64,000 nt of DNA, taken from contig NC_043004.1 in assembly GCF_006345805.1 (NCBI RefSeq), forward strand, positions 46,562,001 through 46,626,000, given 5' to 3'. Under the pieces are notes generated by a model. It was not told where the DNA came from. It made no database searches and saw nothing but the letters and a program-made list of their open reading frames with translations. Numbering within the stretch: the stretch's first letter is position 1; every line of letters begins with the position of its first letter. This document shows, in pieces, positions 23,791-37,043 of the stretch. This DNA is from Octopus sinensis. Lineage: Eukaryota. Position numbers and translations under genes: made by a program.

Positions 23791-26473
23791 TACATACATA
23801 CATACATGCATGCATGCATACATACATATATATATACATACATGCATGCATACATACATACATATATACATACATGCATGCATGCATGCATGCAGGCATA
23901 CATACATACATACATACATAATACATACATACATACATACATACATACATACATACATACATGCATACATACCTGTCCTTGTGCGGATAAATACGAAGTT
24001 AACAGGATGCATACGAACATAAAGTTAACAGAACAACATTATTACTTGTGTCGATTATAATGATAATGGGACAAATGATACCCTAATATATCATGTAGCC
24101 TAATTATGGAATATTTTGCATATTTTTCTTGATGCACCCATATTATCTGAGGTGAAAATTCACTTCGTCAGCTGCTTTTAAACAAGTGTAGTTCAACACA
24201 TTGAGTAAATGGCAGTTGTTATCATTGTATATGATACTGAACAGAAAAATGAACGAAATTGTGATTTATTTATATTAAACTCAAATCCTAATAGACTTAG
24301 TACTACACAATAAGGTAGTTTTAGATTCATTTAGTCACGACGTATTTTCTCAAGAAGCTTTCAATGCATGTCATTTGCTATTATGTAGCTGAGAAATGTC
24401 TTAAAACGATTGTATACAAGATTCTTCTCGGGAGTGTTCGCAACGATACTGGTGGTCGATGTTATAGTCATATCGCTACGCCAATACAGCAAACTGCCTG
24501 AGTGTACATGAAATATCGCATAAAAATATGAGTAAATATATGTGTTTACGTACATAAATCATTCACATATAAGCTGCATACATTCGTATACGAGTGACTG
24601 TGTGTGCGTGTCTGTGAGAGAGAGAAAAAAGAGAGAGAGTGTGGGTGATATAGAGGAGAGAGAGAGAGAAGGCGGACAAAGAGAAATAATAATTTTAGTG
24701 TAGACATCTCTCAATATGGTATTCGTTTTTTAAGCTCCTGTAGTTATAAACTATAAGATGTGTAATTAAATTGAAAGATCACAATATAGTGTGTACCCAG
24801 AACTACCTAATATTACACTATAATACGTAACAAAGAAGGACTATTTAAATAAGGTCATTTTTAACATTTTTGCGATGACTGGAGTAAGTTGAAATGATAA
24901 TTATTAGTTAACAGTTAAAAGCTTCACATCCCCCATGGAAAGTTTGAGGAAGAGAGACCACTGTGTCGCAGAAATCATATCAAATACGAATTATATGATA
25001 ATGGGAGAGAGGTTACCTATTTATCTTTCTACCCAAATATTCCATAATAAAGGTCTATACAAAAAAAAGTGAGAATCATAAGAGTATCATCTTGAGTATA
25101 TTAAGTGTGTGGTTTGCTCTATGTGACGCCTCGTCTGAAATTTTCAATTTTGATTCACGTTAATTCTTTTAATCCAACTCAGGTTTATACATAAATTACC
25201 ATTCCCAGTAAAATTACTAGAGGAACACAAAATTATTGTGTCACAAACAAAGCCTTCCTCAAACGCTCTTGAACTTAGTGCCACTAACTGCAAAGCAATT
25301 CAGCTGGAACAGTAAATATAAAAACCTGAAGAAGCAACTGATGTGTTTACAGAACTCTGAACCGTTCCGGGCTGTCGTACAGCTCTTATGTTTGGGGGGA
25401 GATCTTGTCCGATACAAACATAGATATTCCTACACTTCTAAAGTACGACTATTAGAAGTGTGCCAGCTGATGCAGAAAATCAAAAAGAAAAGGTTAACTG
25501 CACTCAATTGCCTTTACTCTCACTATTCCGTTCTTAATTAATGATGGGGAATAAAATGATCTTGTGAAAATAAGCTTAGGTTAAGTCTTTGTTCGGTCAT
25601 TTGAGCATGCTACGAAGGTACACATTCTTTTAGCTGCATTGATACCACGAAAAAGTAAATATTGCCTTTCATCAAGTGTTTCATTCCATATATCTCCCTC
25701 GAACATCTTTATGCTTATTTTATAATCAATGTGTCTAAAAAGATCAATTTATCATTTCTGTTCCCCATATAAAACTGGATGTCATTGTTAGTATTATTTA
25801 TAACTTTCATTTTGAAAATATATACACACTCCATTCCCAAAAGATGAAACAATGTTTTAAATATCTTACCTAATTTGTTTCAAGAAATAGTAAAAATGTC
25901 TTCTTTTCGCCAAGGTTTTATAATAATTTTTTCTATCAAGAAAGATCTTTAATAAATTTTCAAACACTGGTTCCCATTGCTGCTACAAATATTTGCCTGT
26001 ATACTGTCAAAACTATAGCAAAAATCCTTTTTGTTTTTGTTAATTTTCCGTTCCTTTTAATATAAATTTCGTTTGTTTATATTTCAGAGCTAAGCCACAA
26101 AAAATACTTTTACAAACATTGCTTAAAATAAGTAGGACCATCATGAATTATAACACGAGATTAAGAAGCGTGTTGACGAAATGTTGAAACTGAAGAATTT
26201 CAAGCAATTTAGATCTCATTAATGTCAACACTTCCAGTGAACATATACAGTTTGAGTTCTCATCTTGGCTGAAGTTACCCAATTATATTTCTATCTAAAT
26301 ATTCTATAATATTGGTGTAACGAAAACAAAGAGCATATGTTGGAATTAGAAGAGTTTCATCTTATTTCGTAAGTCGAGTGTTGTTTACTTGTTTACTTGC
26401 TCGATGTGGCTCCAAGTGTGAAGTTTTCCAATTCGTGTGGAAGTTCGTCCTTTTAATCCAACTCAAATTTACA

Positions 26474-26526
<53 letters not shown>

Positions 26527-26669
26527 TCTCTCTCTGTCTTTCCCTCTCTCTCTGTCTTTCCCTCTCTCTCTGTCTTACCCTCTCTCTCTCACCTTCTCCC
26601 CTCTCTCTCTTATATTGAGTTTTGCCCCTTACAACATTAAATTTCCTCCAATTAAAAGGTTAAAATGTC

Positions 26670-26987
26670 TCCCTTCGATCATGAATGACCATGGAATTGC
26701 ACATAAAAAGTTACCCTCGGAGGCACAAGTTTATGTTTATGAAAGACCAGCAGTCGCTCATGCATATCAGTTTCCCCTCTATATGCCACCGATGTTATCC
26801 AAGGGAAAACGGAAACGGCTTGGCCACAGTGACGTCGCAACAAATTTCTACATTTGCGTGATATGGAGCAACATGAAATAAAATGACTTACTCAAGAACA
26901 CAAAACACAGCCCGGTCCGGGAATAGAACTCACTACATCTTGACTGCGAGCCCGACGTTCTAACAACTGAGCCATGCAGCTTCACCT
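26670..26987 (-). mobile_element. tRNA-derived SINE with CORE-like domain, diverged
   Basis: Minus-strand tRNA-like head followed by TTGTGTTCTTGAGTAAG..TTTATTTCATGTTGCTCC, as in 39021-39348; different tail. Confidence 0.7.
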
Positions 26988-27591
26988 GTGTGTACGCACT
27001 GAATTGAAAGGTGCTAATTTTAGATTTGCTAAACATTTAATATTATGGAATCCCGCTCAATGGAAGATTACACTAAAGTGAGCTACACTAAAGTGAGCTG
27101 GAGTGGTAGTATTAATCTAGGTCCCCTTTGTGAGGTCAAATGCCTGGTAATTGTGTGGCGAAAGCATGGTATTGATTCGAATCCTGTGATAATTAGAGAC
27201 GGGTCACACAGATTCACAGAATTTAGCATTCGTTCTGATGACACGTAAATCAATATAAGTGAATGTGTTGTAAAAGCCTCTGTGTTTCAAAAGGGAGTTC
27301 GGGAGAAAAGGAAAGTAGCAAAGAGTGCTGCAAATTACCAAGAAACCGACAACGGATAATGATTACTCCATCTAGCCGAAAGAAAAAACTAACTGCGTGT
27401 TCGGAATGAAATTCCATGAACAACGATGCCAGCAAGCATGACATACATGCACACATGTGTAGGCGTGTGGGTTTGTAGGCGTAATTAATGTAGAACATAC
27501 ATGTGTGTGCACGTGGGTATACTATATACATGTATGCCACGTGACCACATTAAATGTAATGCCTAATTTTGTGACTCTATGCTGCAATTTA

Positions 27592-27639
<48 letters not shown>

Positions 27640-27647
27640 TATATGTA

Positions 27648-27648
27648 A

Positions 27649-27680
<32 letters not shown>

Positions 27681-27712
27681 TAATAGTAATAATAATAATA
27701 ATAATAATGATA

Positions 27713-27771
<59 letters not shown>

Positions 27772-27800
27772 CATAATAATAATAATAATAGTAATAATAA
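27648..27800. repeat. (AAT)n microsatellite
   Basis: Direct reading. Confidence 0.95.
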
Positions 27801-28776
27801 AGTGTGTGTGTGTATGCTTGTGTGTGTCTTTGTGTATGTATGCACCTGTTCTTCTATCAAGATGTAGGGTAGCTGAATGAATGCGTGTATATGTGAGCTT
27901 GAGCGTGTGTGGGATTTTGTGTGTATGTACTGGTATACGTCTATATGAAGTAATTATTTTCAGATGGCTAAACTTCTCACTTGCCTCATTAAAAACGCTC
28001 ATTAGCGCTGTAGTTGGCTGATGGAGAAGAAGCAATAACCAAATTTATCGACCTCGATCATTTTGACTAATTTACTGATCGTGGAACGGCTGCAATGATA
28101 AAGTAGTCAGTAACGTGTTTAATTATAAAGTCATGGCTAATTAAAGAACACTTTTTGGTAACAGTGAAATTAAAACAAAAAAAAATCATTCAAAATAAGT
28201 AGCATAAACAAAGCATTGAAACAACATTATCTAGTATTAGCACTGAATATAGAGAGAAGAGCGTAGAGAAGAAATGCCAGTATTCAGCTTAGAGATGTTA
28301 TGTGCGCGTGAGAGAGTAAAGAGAGAAAGAGAGATGAGAGCAAAGATTGGAATTAAAAACTGACAGTATAAAAAAATGCTAATATCTAAAAAGATAAAAA
28401 GTGGAAGGAAGTTGTAGCTACAGAAAGAGGTTTTTAAAAAAATAATATAAGCTCCCGCCCACATAAGCAAGAATTTATACATATAAATGTGAAACAAGAC
28501 GGAAAATAGAGTACTCAAATGCCAGAGGTAGAGTAATATGCTTTATTTTAAAGCAGCAGAATTATAACAAAACAGCTTTTGTTATATTTCTGCTGCTTTT
28601 AAATAGTGTATATATATATATATATATATATATCCCTGCTTCCATCTCCTGAGCGCCTATTAATAATAATACTGTAATTGTTCCTGTTGTTGTTGTTTTT
28701 TTGTTTCCCTTTTGGATTAAAATTATATATATATATATATATATGCAACATATATATATATTATATATATATATAG

Positions 28777-28808
<32 letters not shown>

Positions 28809-29533
28809 CATACATATATAAGTAGATATATATACATGTATATACATATATATATAATATATATAATATATATATATTATATATAATATATATATATATA
28901 TATATTATATATATAATATATATATATATACATATGTATGTATGTACAAGCATTTGTAGCAGTAGCTCGGAGGAAAAGTAATACAGAGTATACTGCCTGA
29001 ATTGCTGAAAAGCAAACTTAAACATTGGGGTGATATCATAACAGAAATATGATTGAAGTATTGGTTAAATGATGACCGGTGAGTTAGCGGTGTCTACCAT
29101 ACAGAGTTACCAAGTGTGAGCAGTAGATACGGATAAAATAAATACAAAGTGAGGACAAAAATATGTCCGAAGTAAGTGAAGGTCCTATTTGTGATATTCC
29201 TAATTAATGATGTTTTCCGTCTGAAATAAGTAAAAAAAATTTTAGCGTACATACATGAATTATGTCGAAATTCACCTAAAGTATAATTAAAATACTGACA
29301 AAATTCCGTTTCAAAACTCAACTCTTAGAGCAGCCATCATTTTTGGATCAACTTAATAGATAGACGGGCAGAAACATGCTTATATAGACTCAGTTATGCG
29401 TGTGCATGTCCCCCCCCCACACACACACATACACACACGCAAGTGTCAAACTAATACTCTTGCTTGTTGTTCCTACACCTGTCTCCGTCTTTGTTTTTAT
29501 TATAAATTTGTACTATATATAATAATAATAATG

Positions 29534-29567
<34 letters not shown>

Positions 29568-29568
<1 letters not shown>

Positions 29569-30861
29569 GGATCAGGAGAGAATGCTATCGAAGAGTGAGA
29601 GCAATACTCAAGACAGAGCTGAATGCAAGAAACAGGATCGAAGCGATCAATGCATTAGCCATACCAGTCGTGACTTACAGTTTCAATATTGTTAACTGGT
29701 CAATTACTGAAATATGTCAGCTCGACAGAAAAATAAGGAAACTGTTGAAAATGCATAGAATGCACCACCCTAAGGCAGATACAGAACGACTCTATCTGCC
29801 AAGAAAAGAGGGAGGCCGTGGTCTTTTACAACTGGCAATAACAACGAAGATTGCTACAATTGGCCTAGACACCTACCTGAAAAACTCTGAGGACTGGATG
29901 TTAAAACTTGTCTCAAAACATGAAAACAAGAAAGCATCATACTCAGTCACAAAACAGGCAAAGGAATATCTAAGTGAATTCCGAATACAACCAATTTCGG
30001 AATTAGAGATAGACATACAAGAAACAAGCACAGAAAAAGCTAAGCGCATGAAAACCCGTGCTAAAACTGCGGCCTTAGATATTCTGAATAATAAATGGCA
30101 AGAAAAAGCTCTCTATGGCAAATACCCAAAGAGAGCGAATAATGCAGATATTGACAAAGCCCTCACCCATCAATGGCTAATGGCCTCTGGCTTAAAATCT
30201 GAAACAGAGGGGTTTATCATAGCAGCTCAAGATCAATGCCTGCCAACAAGAAACTACCAGGCCAACATATTAAAGAACGGCAGTAGCCCAACATGTCGTG
30301 TATGCCGACAACAAAATGAAACAATTGATCATGTTGTCTCCAAATGCAGTCTTCTAGCGCCTACAAAGTACCTCAACAGGCATGATAAAGCTGCACAATA
30401 TATTCACTGGGTAATTTGCAAAAACCTGGATTTGCCCCATGAAAAAGAACTGGTGGGAACACAATCCACCTCCAGTGCTTGAAAATGACCACATCTCACT
30501 CCTCTGGAACTTCACCATTCAAACTGACAGGAAGATAGATGCAAATAGGCCAGACATCATATTGAAAGACTTCAGACAAAGAACATGCCTCCTCATTGAT
30601 ATGACTGTCGCAATCGATATAAACGTATCTGTCAAGACCTACCAAAAACTGAGCAAATATAAAGATCTTGAAATAGAAATCAGCAAAATGTGGAAGCTGA
30701 AGACTAAAACAATACCTGTTGTCATAGGTGCCCTGGGAATGATAGCGAAAGGGACTAATTGCTACCTAACTCAGATACCAGGAAACCCCAAAATGGCAGA
30801 AATTCAAAAGATAGTGCTCATGGGAACTGCTCATATCCTATGCAAAATACTCTTTATGTAA
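29568..30861 (+). pseudogene. C-terminal portion of the Dong/R4 ORF (thumb/linker, zinc knuckle, RLE), one frameshift near 30440-30450
   Basis: ORFs 29595-30482 and 30439-30861 join into one continuous protein. Confidence 0.9.
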
Positions 30862-31105
30862 TCCCAAGGTTTAAAACAAACTTTTTTTTATTTATTTATT
30901 TATTTTTTTTTATTTATATTATTTTATTTTATTTTATTCTTTTATTTTTTATTTTATTTTTATGTATTAGACATTCACTAGTACAACACCAAAAAAAAAA
31001 AAAAACCCAAATATATGGCACAGAACTTCCAACCTGTTGTCTCTTGAGGTCTCTGGGTGAGACTTGGAGCCAACTTGTACAGACATAAAGCAAAAGTCAA
31101 ACATA

Positions 31106-31107
<2 letters not shown>
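29568..31107 (+). mobile_element. 5'-truncated Dong/R4-clade non-LTR retrotransposon (RLE endonuclease) inserted in (AAT)n
   Basis: ORF pieces with RLYLPRKEGGRGL, CCHC knuckle CRVC-x8-H-x4-C and RLE motif RPDII...LLIDMTV...KLSKYKDL. 3' UTR follows, with (AAT)n on both flanks. Confidence 0.93.
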
Positions 31108-31195
<88 letters not shown>

Positions 31196-31199
31196 AAAT

Positions 31200-31489
31200 A
31201 ATGAACCCTCCCGTCGTAAGACGTCGCATGAGGATTCGACAATCTCTTCCCAAACAACCACACAAATGATTTGCTTATAGTGATCAAATATTTGTTCAGA
31301 GATAAGCTCCTTCCCACAATCAAATCGGCGTTACGTGTACAGGTGCAACTGGGTGCCACATGTCAGACATCGAAATGATCGCACAGCTACGTGAAATGAA
31401 TTGCTTTGCTCAAGAACACAACCCATTGACCGGTCTGGGAAGTGAACCGACGATCTCGCACTCCTGAGTGTAACACCCTAACCACTAAG
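31200..31489 (-). mobile_element. CORE-like SINE, degenerate
   Basis: CTACGTGAAATGAATTGCTTTGCTCAAGAACACAAC...CCCTAACCACTAAG resembles 39230-39335. Confidence 0.6.
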
Positions 31490-31610
31490 AAAAGTTGTGA
31501 ATTCCAATCAGAAACAAGGCAGCTGTGACATAGCTCCACGTCTATCACTCTTAACTTTATTTCTTAAATCAAAGAATTCTCTGACACTGGTTGCACGTCT
31601 TTAAAAGTAT

Positions 31611-31724
<114 letters not shown>

Positions 31725-32042
31725 CCATTTATAAATAAATATAGGGAAGGTATTATTAAAATACCATCACAAGTGGTAAGCGAGTTATTAGACGTTCAGG
31801 CAAATTAATAAAATATATACATACAATATTAGATATGTACGTACATACATAAGGGTACTACATGAGTACCTATGTCGCCAATGATAGAAGTCGAAAACAT
31901 ATATATATGTATATGTATATATACATACATAAATACAATATATATATATATATTATGTATTATGTATGTATGTATGTATATGTATATATATATATGTATG
32001 TATATATATACATTATATATATATATAGATATATATATATAC

Positions 32043-32088
<46 letters not shown>

Positions 32089-32090
32089 AG

Positions 32091-32231
32091 GGCAAATAAG
32101 AAAATGGAGAGGATGTAAAATGGACAAACGTCAGCCAGTACACATTCCCTATAACTATTTATTAAATGATAAGAAACATGTGTTTAAGTGGTACAAGTAA
32201 ACGATTGAAATCAGCCAATAAATACATAAAC

Positions 32232-32293
<62 letters not shown>

Positions 32294-33623
32294 GAATGAA
32301 TAATAATAGATGAGTGTACAGATACAAATCCCTTACGGCCGTTTCTACCATGGGGCCTCAGATTCTTCCAAGTCATCCTCATCACGTCAGTGATATACAG
32401 GAATGAACAAACATTGGACAGAGATTGCATAATGGTTGAGCCTCAAGGCTTATTCAGAGAGTACAAATGTACAAAAGGAACTAACAAGTGGAAATTTCAG
32501 TTCGAATAATAAAGTAGCTAAGATAGAATAAAATAGGTAAAAAAAAAAATGTACATATAAAAATAATGTAATATAATGTAATAGACATTGTAAGGAAACT
32601 TAAGATTTTCAGTTTTAGTTGTTATCATAATCTACGTTTTTCCAAAGTGTGGTAAGTAAATAATGTCTCCCTCATGTGATATATCCGTAGGCTGCGGGTT
32701 ACAGCGTGCTTCTATTATACTGAGGCAAATAGTGAAGGTAGTATGTTATGTGCTGGGTTTAACAGTATTGTCCATATTACAGGGTTCAGAATTTAGAGGC
32801 TAACCGCTATTTAATAGATATAGTATTATGAAAGGAGTTGGCAGAAATAACTTAAATTGAACCGGTTAGGGGAAAAAGAATACATAAGTATATTCATGAA
32901 AGAAATTCAGAATATACCCAAATTGCGATGTTAATATTTGATGACCGAAACTCAATCCCAATACCCCTATGCATAGTGGGCTGAGATCAAAGTCAATCCC
33001 ACAACCTAATTGGTCAGGTGACTTTAAAAACAATGGCGCAGTTCAAGTCCCGCAGTATAATGGAAACACGATGTAACCCGCAGCCTACAGATATATCTCC
33101 TGAGAGTGAACTTATTTACTTACCACAGGGTGGAATACCATGGAATATAATATCATCTTAAAATGAAGTTCTTACCTTTCGTTACCATGTCTATTATTTT
33201 ACATTATGTTTATGTATTTTTATTTTGACCAATTTTATTCTATTATATCTTATTTTACTCTACTCTATTATTCTAAATGAATTTCCCACAAGTAAGTTTC
33301 CTAACATTTGTACACTCTGAGGAAGCCTTGAGGCTCAACATTTATCCAGTCTCTATATTTGATCATCCCTGTATATCACTGACATGATGAGAATGACGTG
33401 GAAGGTTCTGAGGCCTCATGGTAGAAACGACGGTAAGGGATTTGTATATGTACACTCATCTATTATTATATATATATATCTGTTTATGTATTTATTGGCT
33501 GATTTCATTCGTTTACATGTACCACTTAAACAAATGTTTGTCATCATTTAATAAATAGATATAATGGAATGTGTACTGGCTGATGTTTGTCGATTCTATA
33601 TCCTCTCCATTTTCTTATTTGCC
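32091..33623. repeat. Large diverged inverted repeat (arms 32091-32725 and 33049-33623, spacer about 320 bp)
   Basis: Arms align by eye as reverse complements over about 575-635 bp, e.g. GGCAAATAAGAAAATGGAGAGG / CCTCTCCATTTTCTTATTTGCC. Confidence 0.9.
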
Positions 33624-34279
33624 TTCGAAATCCTGGGTAAATTGGAAATTTACCCCCACCTATATCTAGTATCCTTTTGCAATATTGCCATGCAACAGTA
33701 ATCACTTGATTAGAAATATGCAGGTACACAGTAATATATTGGATATTTAACATCCCTTAGATGGTTTCTTAACCTCTGTATCTTACATATATATATATAT
33801 ATGTGTGTGTGTGTGTATGTGGGTGGGTGGGTGGGTGTGGATGTGTATTTGTGTTATGGAAGAGTCATTACGCCAATAATATTAAAACACTTACTAGTTT
33901 AATTCCATATCGTTTTTGTTAGTTATCTTCTTAATTATCTAACCAACTAATTATTCGATCGTTTGTTAAATATGCTGATTAATCGATTAGTCGGTTGCAG
34001 AACTTCAGCACCACTGCAGCCACACACAGAATATGCATACATGGGTGTGTCTGTGTGGGTAGGTGGTAATGTATGCGGTGCTAAAGGCAATTACGTAAAA
34101 TATAGAGTTACAACGTCAGCAGAATATATATAAGACCATACAAATAAATACATGTACATAAGAACTGTTCCAATGCAGATTCATAAACATCCACACACTT
34201 GCACACTCACACATGTGCACACGTATAGGCTTAGGTAGTGATATACAAGGTAGGGAAAGCCTCAGAAGGATACAAGGGC

Positions 34280-34374
<95 letters not shown>

Positions 34375-34393
34375 GCGCGCGCGTGTGTGTGTG

Positions 34394-34522
34394 TACCTTT
34401 GTGTAGAAGAGCATTGGCTCGAAACGTAAAAGACTTTTTCTATTCCTGAACGCTATACTAATACATCTGTTTGTTTTGTACACCACCGGTCTTCGTCTTT
34501 TGTTTATTTTCGTAAACTTTCC

Positions 34523-34524
<2 letters not shown>
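34394..34524 (+). mobile_element. Short repeat family H (hammerhead-like CUGUAGAA motif), copy 1, 5'-truncated
   Basis: Matches 35657-35857 (-) and 45547-45732 (+); ends at (TA)n. Confidence 0.8.
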
Positions 34525-34529
<5 letters not shown>

Positions 34530-34575
<46 letters not shown>

Positions 34576-35540
34576 ATCATTTACTATACGCAATAGATAC
34601 ACATCCATGCACAGGCAATGACAGACATGCATAGAGACGCACGCATAAACAATCACACAGACGCACAAGAACACACAACTGTACACACATCCACTCACGC
34701 ACACACACAAACACACACACACACAATACATACACACACAGTGCCTACACACGAAACACCGACACAAGTGGTCCAGTATTCGCACACACATACGTGCACA
34801 CGCACATGTGCAAATGAGCGCAGATACACGTACGTAGTAACACATAAAGGCACAAATGTATACACATATGCTTACCTATTACGAAAAGACGTCGCACCAC
34901 ACGCACAAACAAATACGCACGCACACAAGCAGATGCGCACCCATACACTCAGAAGAAAACTCTCACGCATTCAGACACAGACACACACACATGCGAACAC
35001 ACACACTCACTCATAGAAGAGACTCGGCCACATGAAGAGGCACACCAGACCACACGCTCTCAAGTGCAACACATACACGTTCTCACTCTCCCTCTGTCTC
35101 TCTCTCTCCATCTCTCACACACATACGCTCACACTCATACACATTCACACGTGCAGATGCTCACGCACACACATGCATGCATGTGCATAAGCACACTGAC
35201 CATTCCCATTCAACTTTACTACACAATGCAGTAAATTTACCGTGCTCATAAAAAAAAAACTAAACCCTATACCCACAACACTGCAAAAAATCTGAAAGCG
35301 AAGGGGCCCACAACAAAGGTCGAACCCTTGAAGAGGTACCGGATCGCTAGTGCACATACACCGACAAACACACTGACACACACACACACAACAGCCAACG
35401 CATACCCACGCATACGTATATACACACTCACGCACACACACAAACACACAAACTCTTCGTTCACTCTTACATTTCCTCCTTTAAGCAAACAGACATCTAC
35501 ATAACACGCAAGCTTGCATACATAGACACATAAGGCCAAT
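34530..35540. repeat. Long decayed (CA)-rich low-complexity tract
   Basis: Direct reading. Confidence 0.8.
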
Positions 35541-35656
35541 TTTCAATCTCAGGGAGAATACCTAGCGAAAGGGAAAGTCACTGAGTCTCTGAATAGATCG
35601 CGTACTACGACAAACCGATGGATAGCTAAACATGTACATTAAACAAACTAATGATT

Positions 35657-35857
35657 AGGGAGCGTTTACGAAAAAAAAAAAGACGAAGACAGGTGGTTTA
35701 CAAAACAAACAAATGTATTAGTGTAACGCTCAGGAATAGAAAAAGTCTTTTACGTTTCGAGCCTACGCTCTTCTACAGAAAGGGACGCAGAAAAAACAAA
35801 ATGAGAAAGAAGGAGATACAAAAATGTGCGTGGTGGCTAACGATCTATCATGGCGAC
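35657..35857 (-). mobile_element. Short repeat family H, copy 2 (best preserved)
   Basis: Carries CTTT CTGTAGAA GAGC GTAG GCTC GAAAC GTA AAAG on the minus strand at 35747-35782. Confidence 0.85.
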
Positions 35858-36154
35858 TCATCGAATGATTAGTTTGTTAGATATTTAATCAGTTGACTTA
35901 CAGAAAAGAAGTGGAATTGAACCTGTAAGTGTGGCATAGTTATTAGCTTAATATCTCTCCCAAGACACAACAATATTTGATTCAACCCACAAATTCACAG
36001 CAGGAGTCTTGCAAATCAACATAGAAATAAGAAATATCTATATGAGTGCATGTGTATCTTTGTGTGCGTTCGCGCACGTGCATATATGTGTGAGTTTGAG
36101 TGTGTGCGTGTGTGTGTATACATACATACATACATATATATATATGTATATATA

Positions 36155-36248
<94 letters not shown>

Positions 36249-36268
36249 TATATATATATTATAGAAGG

Positions 36269-36319
36269 AGCTTCTATAGGACTAGAACTATTTCATTCAG
36301 ATGAAATCTTCAGGAAGTT
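36269..36319 (-). ncRNA. Type I hammerhead ribozyme (left arm of the palindrome, minus strand)
   Basis: Same fold, with stem III UAG/CUA and an AUA triplet. Confidence 0.65.
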
Positions 36320-36366
36320 TCCTGAAGATTTCATCTGAATGAAACAGTTCTAGTCCTGTAGAAGCT
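36316..36366 (+). ncRNA. Type I hammerhead ribozyme (right arm of the palindrome)
   Basis: AGUUUC CUGAAGA U UUC AUCU GAA U GAAA CAG uucuaguc CUG UA GAAGCU. GUA triplet; stem II is short and closed by U.U. Confidence 0.7.
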
Positions 36367-36499
36367 CCTTCTATAAAATAAATTACTTTACTCTGCTATG
36401 TATTGAGTACCTTATTTACTGTGGTTAACCCCGACATACAAACATGGTCATCCACTCGTGACAGAGGAAGACCTTTGTTCACCTTTAGGAACATTCTGC

Positions 36500-36975
36500 G
36501 CTCTAGGGCTAACTTATATTTTGCATATGTGGCTCCGTCGGTGGATAATGAGCCCTACTCTTGACAAGCATACACGACTGCAAACATTGCAAACCAAGCT
36601 TTCCCCATTCACTACACTAGCAGTGTGCTTTCGAGCAGCACGCTTAAATTCTTCATGCAGAATACCTGCTGCTCTCTCAAAGGTGACGACCCCCTCTTAA
36701 CTTGTACATTGTGAGTGGTTTCAGCGATGATAGCTGCTGACCATTGATGTTCACCCCACCAATCCAATCAATATTCTTGATGATGATTTCTAGATATACG
36801 GTAAAGAAATTTTGAGAGAGAATATTTCCTTGCTTGGCACCGTTCTCAACCTTACTGGTTGTGCAAGTAGAGATATATCCATTGAACATCCAGAATTGGC
36901 ATCTCTCAGCAGTTTCATGTATTGCACTCCGACACCTTGTATCTCTAGAGATTGCAACACTGCCTTCATTTCCAT
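36500..36975 (-). mobile_element. RTE-clade LINE remnant: RT fragment joined to the C-terminal zinc finger
   Basis: KAVLQSLEIQGV..YMKLL and GAKQGNILS..FFTVYLE..DWIGGVNINGQQL (RT), then FERAAGILHEEFKRAARK...CNVCSRVCLSRVGLIIHRRSH. Confidence 0.85.
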
Positions 36976-37008
36976 GCTATGTCTGTATACATTTTACTTT
37001 TATACACT

Positions 37009-37043
<35 letters not shown>

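Larger units (their letters stand above)
36259..36376. repeat. 118-bp zero-loop palindrome (59-bp arms, 3 mismatches)
   Basis: Centre lies between 36317 and 36318. Mismatched pairs are 36277/36358, 36290/36345 and 36317/36318. Confidence 0.97.

Noticed and set aside
24150-24180. CTGACGA followed by a hairpin on the minus strand
   Set aside because: Followed by CAGA rather than GAAA; no stem I or III.
25236-25541. 101-aa ORF; an alternative frame has SYVWG resembling a LINE EY.S.VW motif
   Set aside because: A single weak motif with multiple stops; insufficient.
29094-29321. Possible RTE fragment (SLIRNITNRTFTYFGHI)
   Set aside because: Only one short motif resembles R.L.YFGHI; left uncalled.
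33310-33345. CTGAGGA-AGCC-TTGA-GGCT hairpin inside the large inverted repeat
   Set aside because: Both arms have CAAC instead of GAAA after the stem, so it is not a hammerhead.
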